DNA of 63,913 nucleotides, counting the filler, from Collodictyon triciliatum (Eukaryota): the NCBI GenBank assembly GCA_043381765.1. It is 4 parts of 4 records of this genome, joined end to end, with 100 filler letters (N's around TTAATTAATTAA, not from the genome) between each part and the next. Parts side by side here need not be neighbours in the genome. Positions count along the whole stretch, not along the records: positions 1 to 21,920 come from JBHJMP010001162.1; 3 more parts are not named here. One strand, 5' to 3'. The notes under the pieces are model-generated. The model did no database searches. It was not told the origin of the DNA and was given only the letters and a program-made list of their open reading frames with translations. Position 1 is the stretch's first letter. The number at the start of each line of letters is the position of its first letter. Shown here in pieces: positions 1-12,954 of this stretch. Both the position numbers and the translations under genes were made by a program.

Positions 1-34
1 AAAAAAAAACGACCAACTATAAAACCCCAAACGG

Positions 35-66
<32 letters not shown>

Positions 67-147
67 GGCAGTGGATATCGATTACGTAATAATATTTCTT
101 GTACTTCAGCCCGGAAGACACCTACATCACTGCTGAATTTGTGACCG

Positions 148-3100
148 ATGTCCTCGAAGGTTGAAGAGCCCATCTCTTCGGTTTGTGTTCAAAACGACAA
201 CACAGAGCAGATGGAAGAAATCGGGTATGCTGTTGACTCAATATTTTCTATCTGCCACTCTCAATTTTTTCCCCATCACAACTAAAACCATTCGGTGAAT
301 CATAGACCGCTTCCTGCTGTCCACAGATCGAATAACATATTCTCTGAAAAAAAGGCAAAATCAAAGTAAGGGTTCATACCCCATGCCCACCAGTCTTGTT
401 ATTTTAAAATGATATATGGTCTTTATTTATATCAAAAACGTGGTTACGTAGGTTCCACCACTTTTTTTTTCCATTTCCAGCACCCCCTTTTTTTTTTCTT
501 TTTTTCGTCATCGTGTCAATCGTGACTATTGTGAAAACAATACTAATATGTGGAAATCATTGTCCATGAAATCAGAAATCGCCCTGTTCCGCTTCCGCCT
601 GTCTTGAATGCAACTTCGGGCAGCGCTGGGACAAGCAGTGTCATCCTCTTCCCATCTCCCGCCCTCAACCATACCACACATGAGACCAGCCCCAAAGATT
701 CAGTCGAGAACTGCTCACCAATGATACCTTCGCTGGAGCCGACTGACTCAAGCACAAACTCAATCGATAGAAGTGGCTCAATCGGTCCCAAGACTCTTAG
801 GACCATGGTTCCTGATGTCGATGTCCTCCCAAATCAACTGGCTGATGATAATGTTGCTCCATCCAGGAGGCTTGGGACGCCCATATCTGTTCAGAGTCGT
901 AACGATGATGATTTTCCAAAGAGCGGATCATTCCAGGCCTTGAGTTCGTCCTCGGTCGACCCTCCAACGCCCATGTCGTCTGCCCCAAAGAAATCATCGA
1001 AAAATCCACTGAATTATCTCCCAAAGTCGATTACGATGTTTGAATTCGATAGCGTTCTTCCCTCAGGATTTTTCGGAGACAGAAGTGATGAATCCTGTAA
1101 CGACGATGAATCTGGAGGAATCGGCGGGATCAATTCCTTTCAACCTGATATGTAAGCTTTTGTGTACATATATGTTCATTCCTGAAATGGTAATGTCATG
1201 TCTCTTCTACTGTGTGTAAACATTCATCCAACTTGCTTTATTTTCAGAAGCTGACTGCAGAATAGTCTTGATTTTCTCTTGATTTTTCAAACGAGAAACT
1301 ATTGAAATATGCACCATATTCTTCATACTATCGTGTTCTCTCGCTTCATAACTGTCCGATTCCTAGGTATCCATTTTTAATGAAATTCAAGAGTGAATTT
1401 ACAGAGATACACTTCAACAGCTTCATCGTCAAGGCCAATTTAAGTGGATTGAGAAAGTGTGTAAACTTTAAAGTATACCGGAAAATTAACAAATGTTCAT
1501 GATTGTCTTGGATTACTGATTCACTGTACAATTATTAACCTCAATATTAAAAATTGCTAGGTCTTTATTCGGCTTCGGTTTTCTGTACACATGTGGTCTG
1601 GTAACTGCAGTTGTCAATGAACGTATGCTGTTCCTTTTATATATTATTGTCCATAATTTTTTCAATTTTTGCAAATAATTCATCACAACAACATCTAAAT
1701 TCTATATGTATATATCAAACCTTGCCCTCTATTTTTTTTCTTTTTGAAATAGCCTATCGTTATGAATATGTCATCGGGTCTCTCCTTATGTCATACATCC
1801 CGATTCTACTCGTGTATTATATGTCATGGAAGAAGCACTTTGTAACATGGTTCAATACATATACATCGTTTCTGGTATTTTAATCTTTCGATTTATTAGA
1901 TCCTAAATTGAATCTAATCAACGCTGGCATGTATCAGGATTGCATAATTATGTCATCAATGTCGTTGTAACACATAGCATCTTATTATCATATAGGGTCT
2001 CTCCATAATTTCCATGGTTCTCTTAGTCAATGTCAGGGTGTATAATTCCGTTATTCATCCTATATCTATCCTGATGATTTTGATATCATTCGCAGTCTGC
2101 CCTGGCTTTCTATACATGAGATCAATAGCTATGGTTACTTTTCATTGTTGCTTGAATACTATGCATTCAGTACAAAACACTAAAAATAACAAAGGAAACC
2201 AAGTATTTACTATGATATCCACAAATCTCACACGGAGCAGAAGCAGATACTTACTCTATGTCCTCTTTTCTTTTCTTTTCTTTTCTTTTTTAGTCGTCAG
2301 TTGGAGCCATATTCAGTGTCACCTTTATATCTCTGTTACCCTTTTATCATAATACTGATTTCATCGACACCCACGACTCTAGAGAAGGTGTTTTTTTTTT
2401 CACTGTAACCTGATTATAAATCTCCTGTGCGTACCATTTTTCTATCAAAATCATATTATTTAGCATTTACAAACTCCTTTATTTTCTCTATCATAATTCC
2501 ACCAGAAAACGACAATATTAAATTCAGGCTTTATGTATATATTCCAGATGTATGGAAGCGGCTATCCATTCTATGTGTTTTCTCTGGCATCTTCATATCT
2601 ATATTCACATCACGCAGAATCGAGTATGGAGACAGGAAACATTTTATTACAACACAACTTCTGAATGTAAATAGGAGGTGACACATTTATTTTGAAATCT
2701 AAACATGTTGAATTTATAGTACCTAAAATGGTGTATTTGTGTATTCCTTCCCCTGTGTTGATGTAACCATATCTCAAATACTGTTCAACAAAAAAAGGAA
2801 AATCGAAAATCTGATTGGGGGAGATGCGCATGATGATATTGGAAACCTAGAATCTCCAATGGATTATGCCACACGAAATATTCGAGACATAGCAAATCAT
2901 TTAGAAGGTTTGATTTTTGTCGCAATGTGATGTTCCATATTCAACCCTGTTAACAAAAATACTTTCGACGAACAGATAAGCAAGTTGCATCTCGCCTTCG
3001 ATCCATTTTGGTTCTTTTGTCCGAATATGAGCTGCATACACCTGTAGCTCTCAAGGGAAACCCACAAGAATCTGATATGGATAGCAGCACGAAAGCATGG

Positions 3101-5616
3101 TTGCGAACCGAATTCCGGAATTCATTTGCATACGACGACATTTATCAGAAAATGAATCAAAAGTAAGTCGAGTTGCTTTTCTTTTCTACATTCATATAGT
3201 TTTAGAGGGTTGATTTACCATAAAAAATCTGGCTTTTTTTAACCTAAAATAGAAAAAACCGAGGAATGAGTTTATCCATATACGGTGGACACGCTTTGTA
3301 CAAAACAGACGACCTGCAGCTCTTTATGAGGTACTTATTTTTACCAATTTTAGTGTTTGTTTAATCTGATTAGAAAGGAAGCCATGTTTAAAAGCTTCTC
3401 CAAAAGTACATATTTCAATAAACTAACACATATAATGCTCGTTGGGTGCTGTTTTTAAATTAACTTTACAAAATAGTTCGATATCTTCCAGTGTCTCTGA
3501 GTCCCTTAGACAAGTTTTAGATACATGGAACGGAAATATATTCCATTTTGCCGATTCTTGTGGAAGTAATGCTTTTGTCATATTGCACCCAGTGACATTA
3601 CATTTCCCCTAAACGGGACAAACTATGTTTTCACTCCGTGCCTTGGTGTGAGATGAACGATATTGATCAAATATCTTATGCAGATAAACCGCTGATATTT
3701 TCATCGGTGGCGATGTTTGAGCGATTTCAGCTGACAAAGAGACACAATATTGACGTTCCAAAGTTACTTGCTTTTCTCCGAGAAATCGAATCGGGCTACC
3801 GGGAAAACCCGTATCATACAAGTTGCCATGCGGCAGATGTTATGATCAACACCATGCATTTATTGTCCTCTGATAAGATTGGAACGTATCCTTCAATTTC
3901 AGTTTTATATGAATACCAAACCTGCATTTTTGTTATTGTCATTACTATCATACGTGTTTCTTACATAAATTCAGTTTAGGGACACATTTTTGCATTTGTG
4001 TCTCTTAGAATTGAAATATTCCTTGATTTATACCTGCGATTTAAAAATTAGAATTCTTACCGATATTGATGTTTTATCTGTATTCCTTGCGGCCATAATC
4101 CATGATTTTGCGCACACTGTAAGCTTTTCATATATATATATATATTTGGAGGAAAGAACGATAATATTGAGAAGAAAAGGCTAGGCAAGGAACACTAATT
4201 CAAAGATTACCTTTTCGCCCACCTTACTTTGTTGTTGATTTAAGGGTCTAAACAATAATTTCCACATCCAAACCGAGTCGAAATACTCAATCATTTATAA
4301 TGATAAATCTGTAAGGCCATTTGAATAAATTATGAAATATAAACGCAATTATGTCGGTACTTGAATAATTTTTTTCTTTTCCTGTCTAGAAGGAAAAATG
4401 ATTTCGACATGTGCTTACTATTATTTCTATTATTATTCAACTTTTTTTTTTTTAGATAATGGAGAATTACCATCTATATAAAGCTTTCACGGTTCTTAAG
4501 GATGAAAGATACAACTTCCTATGTAACATACCGAAAGAAGAGTATGTCACAATCCTCTTCCAGGAAACCACTTTATGTGATTCCTCTATTTTCGAAAAAA
4601 AAAGTTGAGGATAAATGCCGGACTTCACGTTAATATTTGGACAGAGAATGATTTATGCAATCATCTTCTAAACAAGGTTTAATCCGTGTCTTAGGAAAAA
4701 GCTCATTAGAGATACAGTTATCGAGTTAGTCTTATGTACAGATATGGCATATCACTTTGATTATGTCGGCAAGTTCAAAGCAAAAATAGGAACAGGAGGT
4801 AAGAACTGGTATCTGCACTTGTGATATACCGTCTGAATTTTTAAAATAAAAAAAATAGTATCATACTTGTTTGATTTCTGACCCTACCTTATCTGTGAAG
4901 CATAATTCGTATACAGAAAAAAGAAAGAAAGAATCTATTCTTTTAACGTGTAGCCGACTTGGATATGAATGCACGAGAAAACAAACTCCTCGTAATGCAA
5001 ATGGCTTTGAAATGCGCTGACCTTGCGCACATGGCAAAATCATTCCCGATTCACTCTCGGTGGACTGTAAGAGTAACTGAAGAATTTTACAGACAGGTAT
5101 TATATATTCCTTCCTTTCTTGTTTCTTTTTTCTCATTCATTTTCTCTTTAACCAAGCGATCAGGTGCTTTCTGAGCACGTATGATTCATCTTGCCAAGAA
5201 CTAAGTAATGTAAAACGCTCAACAGGGCGACCAAGAAGCCTCCCTGAACCTGCCGAAATCTCCGTTCATGGACCGCGACGCAGAAAACGTGCCGAAGAGT
5301 CAGATTGGGTATGATAGATTATATATTTAAAACATGAGAGAGAAAAGCAATAGTAATAATAATGTTTTTTTTGTTTTGTTTTGTTTTGTTAATGGCGGAA
5401 AGGCTAAATGGCAGCAACTTGACTATTAGATTTTTATCGTTCCTTGTAATGCCAATGTTTGGGTCTTGGATTCAATACGCAGGCGATGACTTCAATTTGA
5501 TGGGGCATTTGCAAAGTAATCTGAACCGATGGAAAGAGATGCAGCAAAACAGCCAGCTGACTCTAGCGGACCTTTCAAGTGAGCCAATTGACAGAAATAC
5601 AGTTGGGAATCAGTGA
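148..5616 (+). CDS. Multi-exon class I 3',5'-cyclic nucleotide phosphodiesterase with Ser/Pro-rich N-terminus and multi-pass TM block
   Basis: Spliced translation gives NPYHTSCHAADV, AAIIHDFAHTGLNNNF, IYNDKSIMENYH, LCTDMAYHF, KCADLAH, VTEEFYRQGDQE, SPFMDR and SQIGF, so the PDEase_I motifs are intact. Hydrophobic exons lie at about 1560-2620. ATG 148 joins ORF 550..1155 in frame via intron 225-575. Stop at 5616. Confidence 0.93.
3886..4051 (+). other. Candidate U12-type (minor spliceosome) GT-AG intron in the PDE gene
   Basis: Donor GTATCCTTC at 3886, branch-like TTCCTTGAT at 4019-4027, AG at 4050-4051. Removal restores DKIGT-ILTDIDVL in the catalytic domain. Confidence 0.7.
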
Positions 5617-7124
5617 AAAAAAAATCCTATTTTTTTTTTTTTTGCGACCTCAAACTAATTTTTGAAATCGAGATAAATCTTCGGATGTGCACATTCGCAG
5701 TCTTTTAACCCTTGTATTATGCGGGATGATAGCAGATATAGACCTCAACATTTTTCCAAAAATAAAATACTAGGAATTATCGACAGCCTTCCATCCAGCA
5801 GCTGGAATGCTATCTAATCATGGTGTGGATTCAATCCGCCGCCAAGCGGATGAGAAAGAAATTGTAATGGGAATTTTGGAAATTTTTTTTCGGCGCACAT
5901 CTGTGGGTGACAGCTATCAAATTGCTCTGAACCTCGCCCAGGCTCAGAAAAAAAAAGGAAAAGAAAACGCTGTCATGTTGCTCGCTCAATGCCTCTATTT
6001 TTTTTCCCCTCTCCTTTGTTTTGAGGCTATTGAATCGGTTCTGGTTCAGCTTTCATTTCCAGTCGCTTTTTGAACCCTTATTTATTTCACACTTTTACAT
6101 TCTCTTCTCTTCTCTTTCATTTCATCTCATCCAATAATGTTCTCGTTTTTAGTTGTGTAACGCGATTGTAAAAATAAAAGCAAATCGTGGGAGATGGACG
6201 CGGCAGATTAAAAAGTAAGCTCTTCCCTCACCCAGAATAGGAAATCAACGTGGCCAGCCACAAATGAGCACAACTGACGGACTATATAAATAGTTCCGAT
6301 TGAAACTGGTCACTTCATTAACGGATACTTCCTAAATTCCAGATGTGCCAACTTTCTTCGTATCTTCCACGAGAGGCGGGAAAATGAGGTTTGCAGGCGA
6401 ATTGAAACAGTGAATTTCATTTGGTAGTTTTTCGTGTGGTGCGTCATGGGAATGGGAAAAAAAAAAAAGTAAAACGTAAAACGCCAAATGGAACTTTCGA
6501 TTCATTAAGCGCATCTTTGTTTTTATTTGGCTTTTACTTTATCCCACTGTGGACAGATTTACCGAATTCTCAAAACAAAGAACAAATTTGCCACATATTC
6601 ACTGCAATTTTCCACTTTTGTCCAGAAAGCATATAAGTCCGGAAAATAAAGAGCGCCTTTTGCTTCGGCCTTCGCTTGGTTGTCCTGGCTGCCTCGGACT
6701 CACGGGCGAGGCACTTATAAGTGGGCGAGCGGGTGACCTTGGACTGGGCTCGCATGAAACCAGGCAACAAAATCCTACACACAGAGGGAAAGCTGAATCC
6801 TTCAGGCAGGGCGCTGCGGAAGCACGGGAAAGCAGCTTGACAAGCAAGGCGGCCACTTTGAGGGCGGGTGGCTTAACGTGTTTGGCTGATCAAAACGTTT
6901 AGTAGCCTTCTGCCATACATCACTCCACCCTGAAGGAATTGCCGACAATGACGGCCAGATAAGAGAGAGAGAGCGAGAGAGAAAAGGGTTGCCCACCATT
7001 CGAAAGACATAGCCCTCTCCACTTTTTCTTGTCTTGTCTTTATTGTTTTCCATCCCACTAATTGATTCTTCTTTGAACGCGAATCAAAGGAGTACTCGCT
7101 ACAAGTTCTTTGGCCGACAGGAAC

Positions 7125-9793
7125 ATGACGGGCGGACCTTCTCAGAAAGTCCCTCTGCTCCAGGGTTTGCAACTCTTCAGCTCTGCCCTGTTGCTCCCTC
7201 ATCCTGCTTATCCACACGTTATTGTGTGCCCCTTCCACAGCTAGTCCTCCAACACTGAGCTCCATAATTACTAAACTATGGTGTCGCAGCCTTATTGACT
7301 TTCTTTTAATTTCTTTTTCCATACCCGTGCCTTCCTCCACACTCCCTTTTTTTTTTTCGGTCCTCTTCCTCTTTCTATTGTGCTACTGAATCTATTCCCG
7401 TGAAACGAATCAATGCCATGCCGAATTGTGCTGAAGGACCCCCGTCCCATTTAGAGGACCGCTCCAACGCCGCTCACCCACCCACCGGCGCCGACGGAAA
7501 GGAGGATCTGAAGCGTGAGATCGAGCTTGTAAGGATCAGACCTCTCACGCACCATACTCGACCTCATTCTGTCTGTTTGTCTGTCTGTCTGTTTGTCTGT
7601 CTGTTTGTCTGTCTGTTTGTCTATCTGTCTGTCTGTCTGTTTGTCTATCTGTCTGTCTGTATTTGCGTCATAGCGCAGGCAGAGCCTAACCGCAGCAACT
7701 GCTTCACTTCCTTAGGACGACCACAAGCTCTCCATCGCCGACTGCCTCGCCCGCCACCGCACCGACCCCACCAAGGTATGTGTCTCCCAGCTGCCCTTCC
7801 TTCGAGACCAAACCACGCTGACTCGCATACCCACTTAACACACAGGGCCTGTCCAGCGTCGATGCCGAGGAGCGTCTCCGCACCTACGGACCCAATGCCC
7901 TGACTCCGCCCAAGCAGGATCCCGAGTGGAAGAAGCTGCTGAAGCAGTTCACCGGTGAGCCTTTGCCTTTGCCTTTGCCTTTTGCTTTCGAGTCCGGCTT
8001 GCTCTCTACTGCTGTCTAAGAAGCACGTGGCCACGCCTCCTTTCCACGCTGCGGAGTCCATGGAGGCCCGCACGAAGCAGTTCTGCACTCTGCTAACACA
8101 CGTCCTCTCTGGCCGATCCGTAGGCTGGTTCTCGATCCTTCTGGAGGTCGGAGCTCTGCTGTCCTTCATCGGCTACGCGCTGGACCCTGACGCACCCGAG
8201 AATGTATGTGCTCTCCTCCCCTCTTGTTGGCACCGCTCTCGCCTCCTGGCCTCTGCCTAACCCGGCATCCCCTCTCCGACTCGTGCAGCTGTACATCGGT
8301 GTCGTCCTGGCTGCCGTCGTCATCATCACGTCCGTCTTCAGCTACTACCAGGAGTTCAAGTCCAACTCCATCATGGAGAAGTTCAAGAACTTCCTGCCCC
8401 AGATGGCCACCGTCATCCGCAACGGCGAGAAGATCAAGATCGACGCCACCGACGTTGTCCCCGGAGACGTCATCGAGATCATCGGCGGGAACAAGGTCCC
8501 TGCCGATCTGCGCCTGATCCAAGTCAGCAACCTCAAGGTACTCCTCCTCCCACATAAGGCATCCTCCACCGGACACACAAAGACACAATCACACGCATGG
8601 ATTGAGTGAGTGAATGAGTGGGTGGGTGGGTGAGTCCTCGCTGACGGGCGTCGATGCACACCAGGTCGACAACGCCTCGCTGACGGGAGAGGCAGAGCCG
8701 CAGTCGCGCGGCCCCGAGATGACGGACGAGAACCCGCTGGAGACCAAGAACCTTGCGTTCTACGGGACGCTGGCCACGGAGGGCTCGGCCATCGGGATTG
8801 CGATCGGGACGGGCGACCGCACGGTCATCGGGCGCATTGCGGGCCTTGCTGCGTCCACGGTGGCCGAGGACACGCCGATCCACCGCGAGATCCACCACTT
8901 CATCCTGATCATCACGGGCGTCGCCATCTTCCTGGGCACCACCTTCTTCATGATCGGCATGATCATCTCGGGCGGCGACTGGATCACCAACCTGGTCTTC
9001 ATGATCGGCATCATCGTCGCAAACGTGCCCGAGGGCCTGCTCGCCACCGTCACCGTCTCCCTGACCCTCACGGCCAACCGCATGGCCTCCAAGAACGTCC
9101 TCGTCAAGAATCTCGAGGCCGTCGAGACCCTCGGCTCCACAACCACCATCTGCTCCGACAAGACCGGCACCCTGACCCAGAACGTCATGACTGTTTGTAA
9201 GTCTCTCTCTTTCTTTCTTTTACATACACACACACACACACACACACTCTCTCTCTCTCTCGCCCCCTCCTTTCTCACTTGGCCGCACCAACCAGCGCAT
9301 ATGTGGTACGACAAGTCCATCTTCGAGTGCGAGACGTCGACCCAGCGCGCAAACTTCAACCCGGCCGCACCCACCTTCCTGGCCCTCGCCCGCGTCGCCA
9401 CCCTCTGCAACCGCGCCGTCTTCGACCCCAAGAAGGAGCGCGATGCCCAGGGCCACATGGCGACCATCGGCGATGCCTCCGAGTCGGCCCTCATCAAGTT
9501 CTGCAACCCCATCCGCAACATCACCGAGTTCCGCGATGCCAACCCCAAGCTCTTTGAGATTCCCTTCAACTCCATGAACAAGTACCAGATCTCCATCCAC
9601 AAGCAGGAGTCTGCCGCCAACGACACCCGCCAATTGCTGGTCATGAAGGGTGCCCCCGAGCGCATCCTCGAGAGAAGCTCACACGTCCTCATCAACGGAA
9701 AGGTAACCCCACCCCTGATCCATGCAGATATAATATACACATCTCTTAACTCCATATCATCCCCGCGTGTATTCTTTATTATTATTATTATTC

Positions 9794-9835
<42 letters not shown>

Positions 9836-11736
9836 TAAAAAATAAAAGAAACAAACACACACACCCAACTGGTGGTGGAACGGCTATACCAAGAATCAAA
9901 CAACTGACCCCAGCTCGCTCAAATTACCCCGACCAGGTTGAGCCAGTCACCGAGCGCTTCCGCGCAGAGTTCCAGAAGGCCTACGAAACCCTCGGCTCCA
10001 TGGGTGAGCGCGTGCTTGGCTTTGCCCAGTTTGTCCTCCCTGCCGACCAGTTCCATGCCGACTTCTCCTACTCGGACAAGGATGGCGGAAACTTCCCCAC
10101 CTCTGACCTCTGCTTCGTCGGCCTCATGTCCCTCATCGACCCGCCCCGCCCGGCCGTCCCCGACGCCATCGCCAAGTGCAAGACCGCTGGTATCAAGGTC
10201 ATCATGGTTACCGGAGACCACCCCATCACTGCCAAGGCCATCGCCCGCCAGGTCGGAATCATCACCGATGACACCATCGAGGACATCGCCGAGAAGGAAG
10301 GCAAGTCTGTCCAGGACATCGACCCTAGCCGCGCCAACGCCATCGTCATCCATGGCCACCAGCTCAAGGAGTACACCGAGGACGATTGGGAGCGCACCAT
10401 GAACCACAGCCAGATCGTCTTTGCCCGCACTTCCCCTACACAGAAGCTCGTCATTGTCGAGCACTGCCAGATGCGCAAGGAGGTCGTCGCCGTCACCGGT
10501 GATGGTGTCAACGACTCGCCAGCCCTCAAGAAGGCCGATATTGGTGTCGCCATGGGTATCTCCGGTTCTGATGTGTCCAAGGAAGCTGCTGACATGATTC
10601 TGCTCGATGACAACTTTGCCTCCATCGTCCACGGTGTCGAGGAAGGTCGTCTCATCTTTGACAACTTGAAGAAGTCCATTGCCTACACTCTGTCCTCCAA
10701 CATCCCTGAGATTTCGCCCTTCCTGATCTACATCACCGTCAACGTTCCCCTGCCGCTCTCCACTGTGCTCATCCTCAGTATCGATCTTGGAACTGACATG
10801 ATTCCCGCCATCTCCCTCGCCTACGAGAAGGCCGAATCCGACATCATGAAGCGCCCACCCCGTAACTCCCAGACTGATCGCCTTGTGAATGCCCGCCTCA
10901 TCTCCTTCGCCTACTTCCAGATCGGTTTGTCTACCCTCCCTTCACTCGTAGTCTCTTTTTATTTTCTTCTTTCTTTTTATCCCCTTGTAACATCTCATGG
11001 GTTGAGTTGAGTGGAACTCGGCCTCTCCTCTCCTCTCCTCTCCTCTCCACTCCACTCCACTCCACTCCCCTCCCCTCCACTTGCTCCACAACAAACCCAT
11101 CAATCATACCAACGGTTCATCCTGCTCAGGTATGACCCAGGCTGTTGCTGGTTTCTTCACCTACTTTGTGGTCATGGGCGACTACTTCTTTGCCCCGTGG
11201 ATGCTCCCCGGAACGGGTCTCCTGTGGGAGGACGAGAATCAGGCTGTCAACGGCCGCAACTTCGTCGATCGTCGTGAGGCCCTCTACCGCGCCCAGACCG
11301 CCTTCTTCGTCTCGATCGTGGTTGTCCAGTGGGCTGACCTGCTCATCTGCAAGACCCGCAAGCTCTCCATCGTCACCCAGAAGATGAACAACGGCCACCT
11401 CAACTTCGGCCTGTTCTCTGAGACTGCCATCGCCGCCGCCCTCTGCTACGTCCCCTTCCTCAACACCATCTTCTCCACCCGCCCCATCCGCTTCGTCCAT
11501 TGGTGCCCTGCCCTCCCCTGGTGAGTAGTAGTGATGCTATCCTGCTCCTGCTCCTGCTCCTCCTTCCTGGTCTACCCATGCATTTTTCATTTTATTTATT
11601 TATTTTTCTGGTGCGCCTACTCAATACATTACTTTGCTGCAAAAGGTCGCTGCTCATCTTCCTGTACGACGAAGTGCGCAAGTACCTCATCCGCCAGAGC
11701 CCCAACGGCTGGCTCGACCGCTTCACCTACTACTAG
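7125..11736 (+). CDS. Na+/K+-transporting P-type ATPase alpha subunit (P2C), 11-exon model
   Basis: [92 protein letters not shown] and C-terminal RFTYY. Exon 1 (7125-7164) splices in phase to 7455. The start exon is the least certain part. Confidence 0.96.
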
Positions 11737-12954
11737 ACGGGAGCTTCCTGCACCTGCGTGTCTGTGTGTTTCGTTCCTGGGCTCGATCTGCTGGTCGGCC
11801 GTGTGTTTGCCCCTCTTTCTCGATGCCCCGCACCACCGCGCACCAACCCGCGCGTCCTGCGTCAATCTCATCCAGCCGGTCTCTTTCCTTCCTCACTCTG
11901 CTCAACCCGCTGCTGGACCCCAACAGCACACACGCCGCCGCTCCATCTTTTCTATCGCCTTGATTTGCTTTGCTTATTCTGCCTTCTCGTTACACTTCCA
12001 CGATACAACCCTACGCAAATGAGAACCCTCCCATTAAAATCTCACTATCTGAAGCGCACCCTTCGCCAACGAAGCACTCCTCCCTCAACCACATCAGCAC
12101 TGCGCGGGGCTCGAGCAGCTTCCTCAGCACCTTCTCTGTCTGTGTCTGCCGGCTACAATTGCAGACCACAAGGTAAATCTGGAATGTTTGCTGGTGATAA
12201 GGCCGTCTCGTCCCTTTTCCAGATATGGGTGTGGTCTAAATGGCCAATTCCTGGAACTGACCCTGTTACGGACAGATATTGTGAATCATCGGGGAACCTG
12301 AAGATAGCACAGTGCAAAAGGAAAGAACCCGAGCGAAAGTCCATAGGGTCAATCGACAATGTCACTTTTCACTATGCGAAAGCGGGAAATAACGGTGCAC
12401 CTCGCGTGGCTAGTATGCCTCGAAGCGGCAGTTCTGAACTGCCTCATTCGCACATGGGAAGGGGCGCCCTCCCTGTGTAGTTTGTGAAAGCCCAGCGGGT
12501 TTCTGGGCGATTCATACGAATGAAAAGAAGACAAAAGAACTGGAGGAGACAAAGGAGAAGAAAAAAAGAAAGCAAATATGTGTTGTGTATATAAAGCCTC
12601 TGCAATGGCAAACCATTCTACATTCTGTCTCAATTATTGAAAATCTAGTCACCTTTTCTTCGAAAACGAAACTATAAAGTTATTGAATACGGGCCGCAAG
12701 GTGAAGAAGGCTTCCATGCGCTGTATATAAGACGCTTTCTCGCAGTTGTGTTCTTTCGCCTTGGCTTTCACTTCGAAGGCACACCCGCAGAGGCGATGGC
12801 ACACAATGCCGCGCCGGTCCATCTGGACGTGCATCGCGACGCGAAGCCCACGAAACAAACAAACAAACAAACAACCTAACCAACCACTGATACAGTTATT
12901 GCCCCTTACGAAGGAAACACTCCTGCCCACAACGCCCACCAACCACAAAGAGCA

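Noticed and set aside
1367-1375. GTATCCATT as a U12-like donor
   Set aside because: These are the first bases of a PDE exon right after an AG acceptor, and the exon is supported by similarity to the paralogue.
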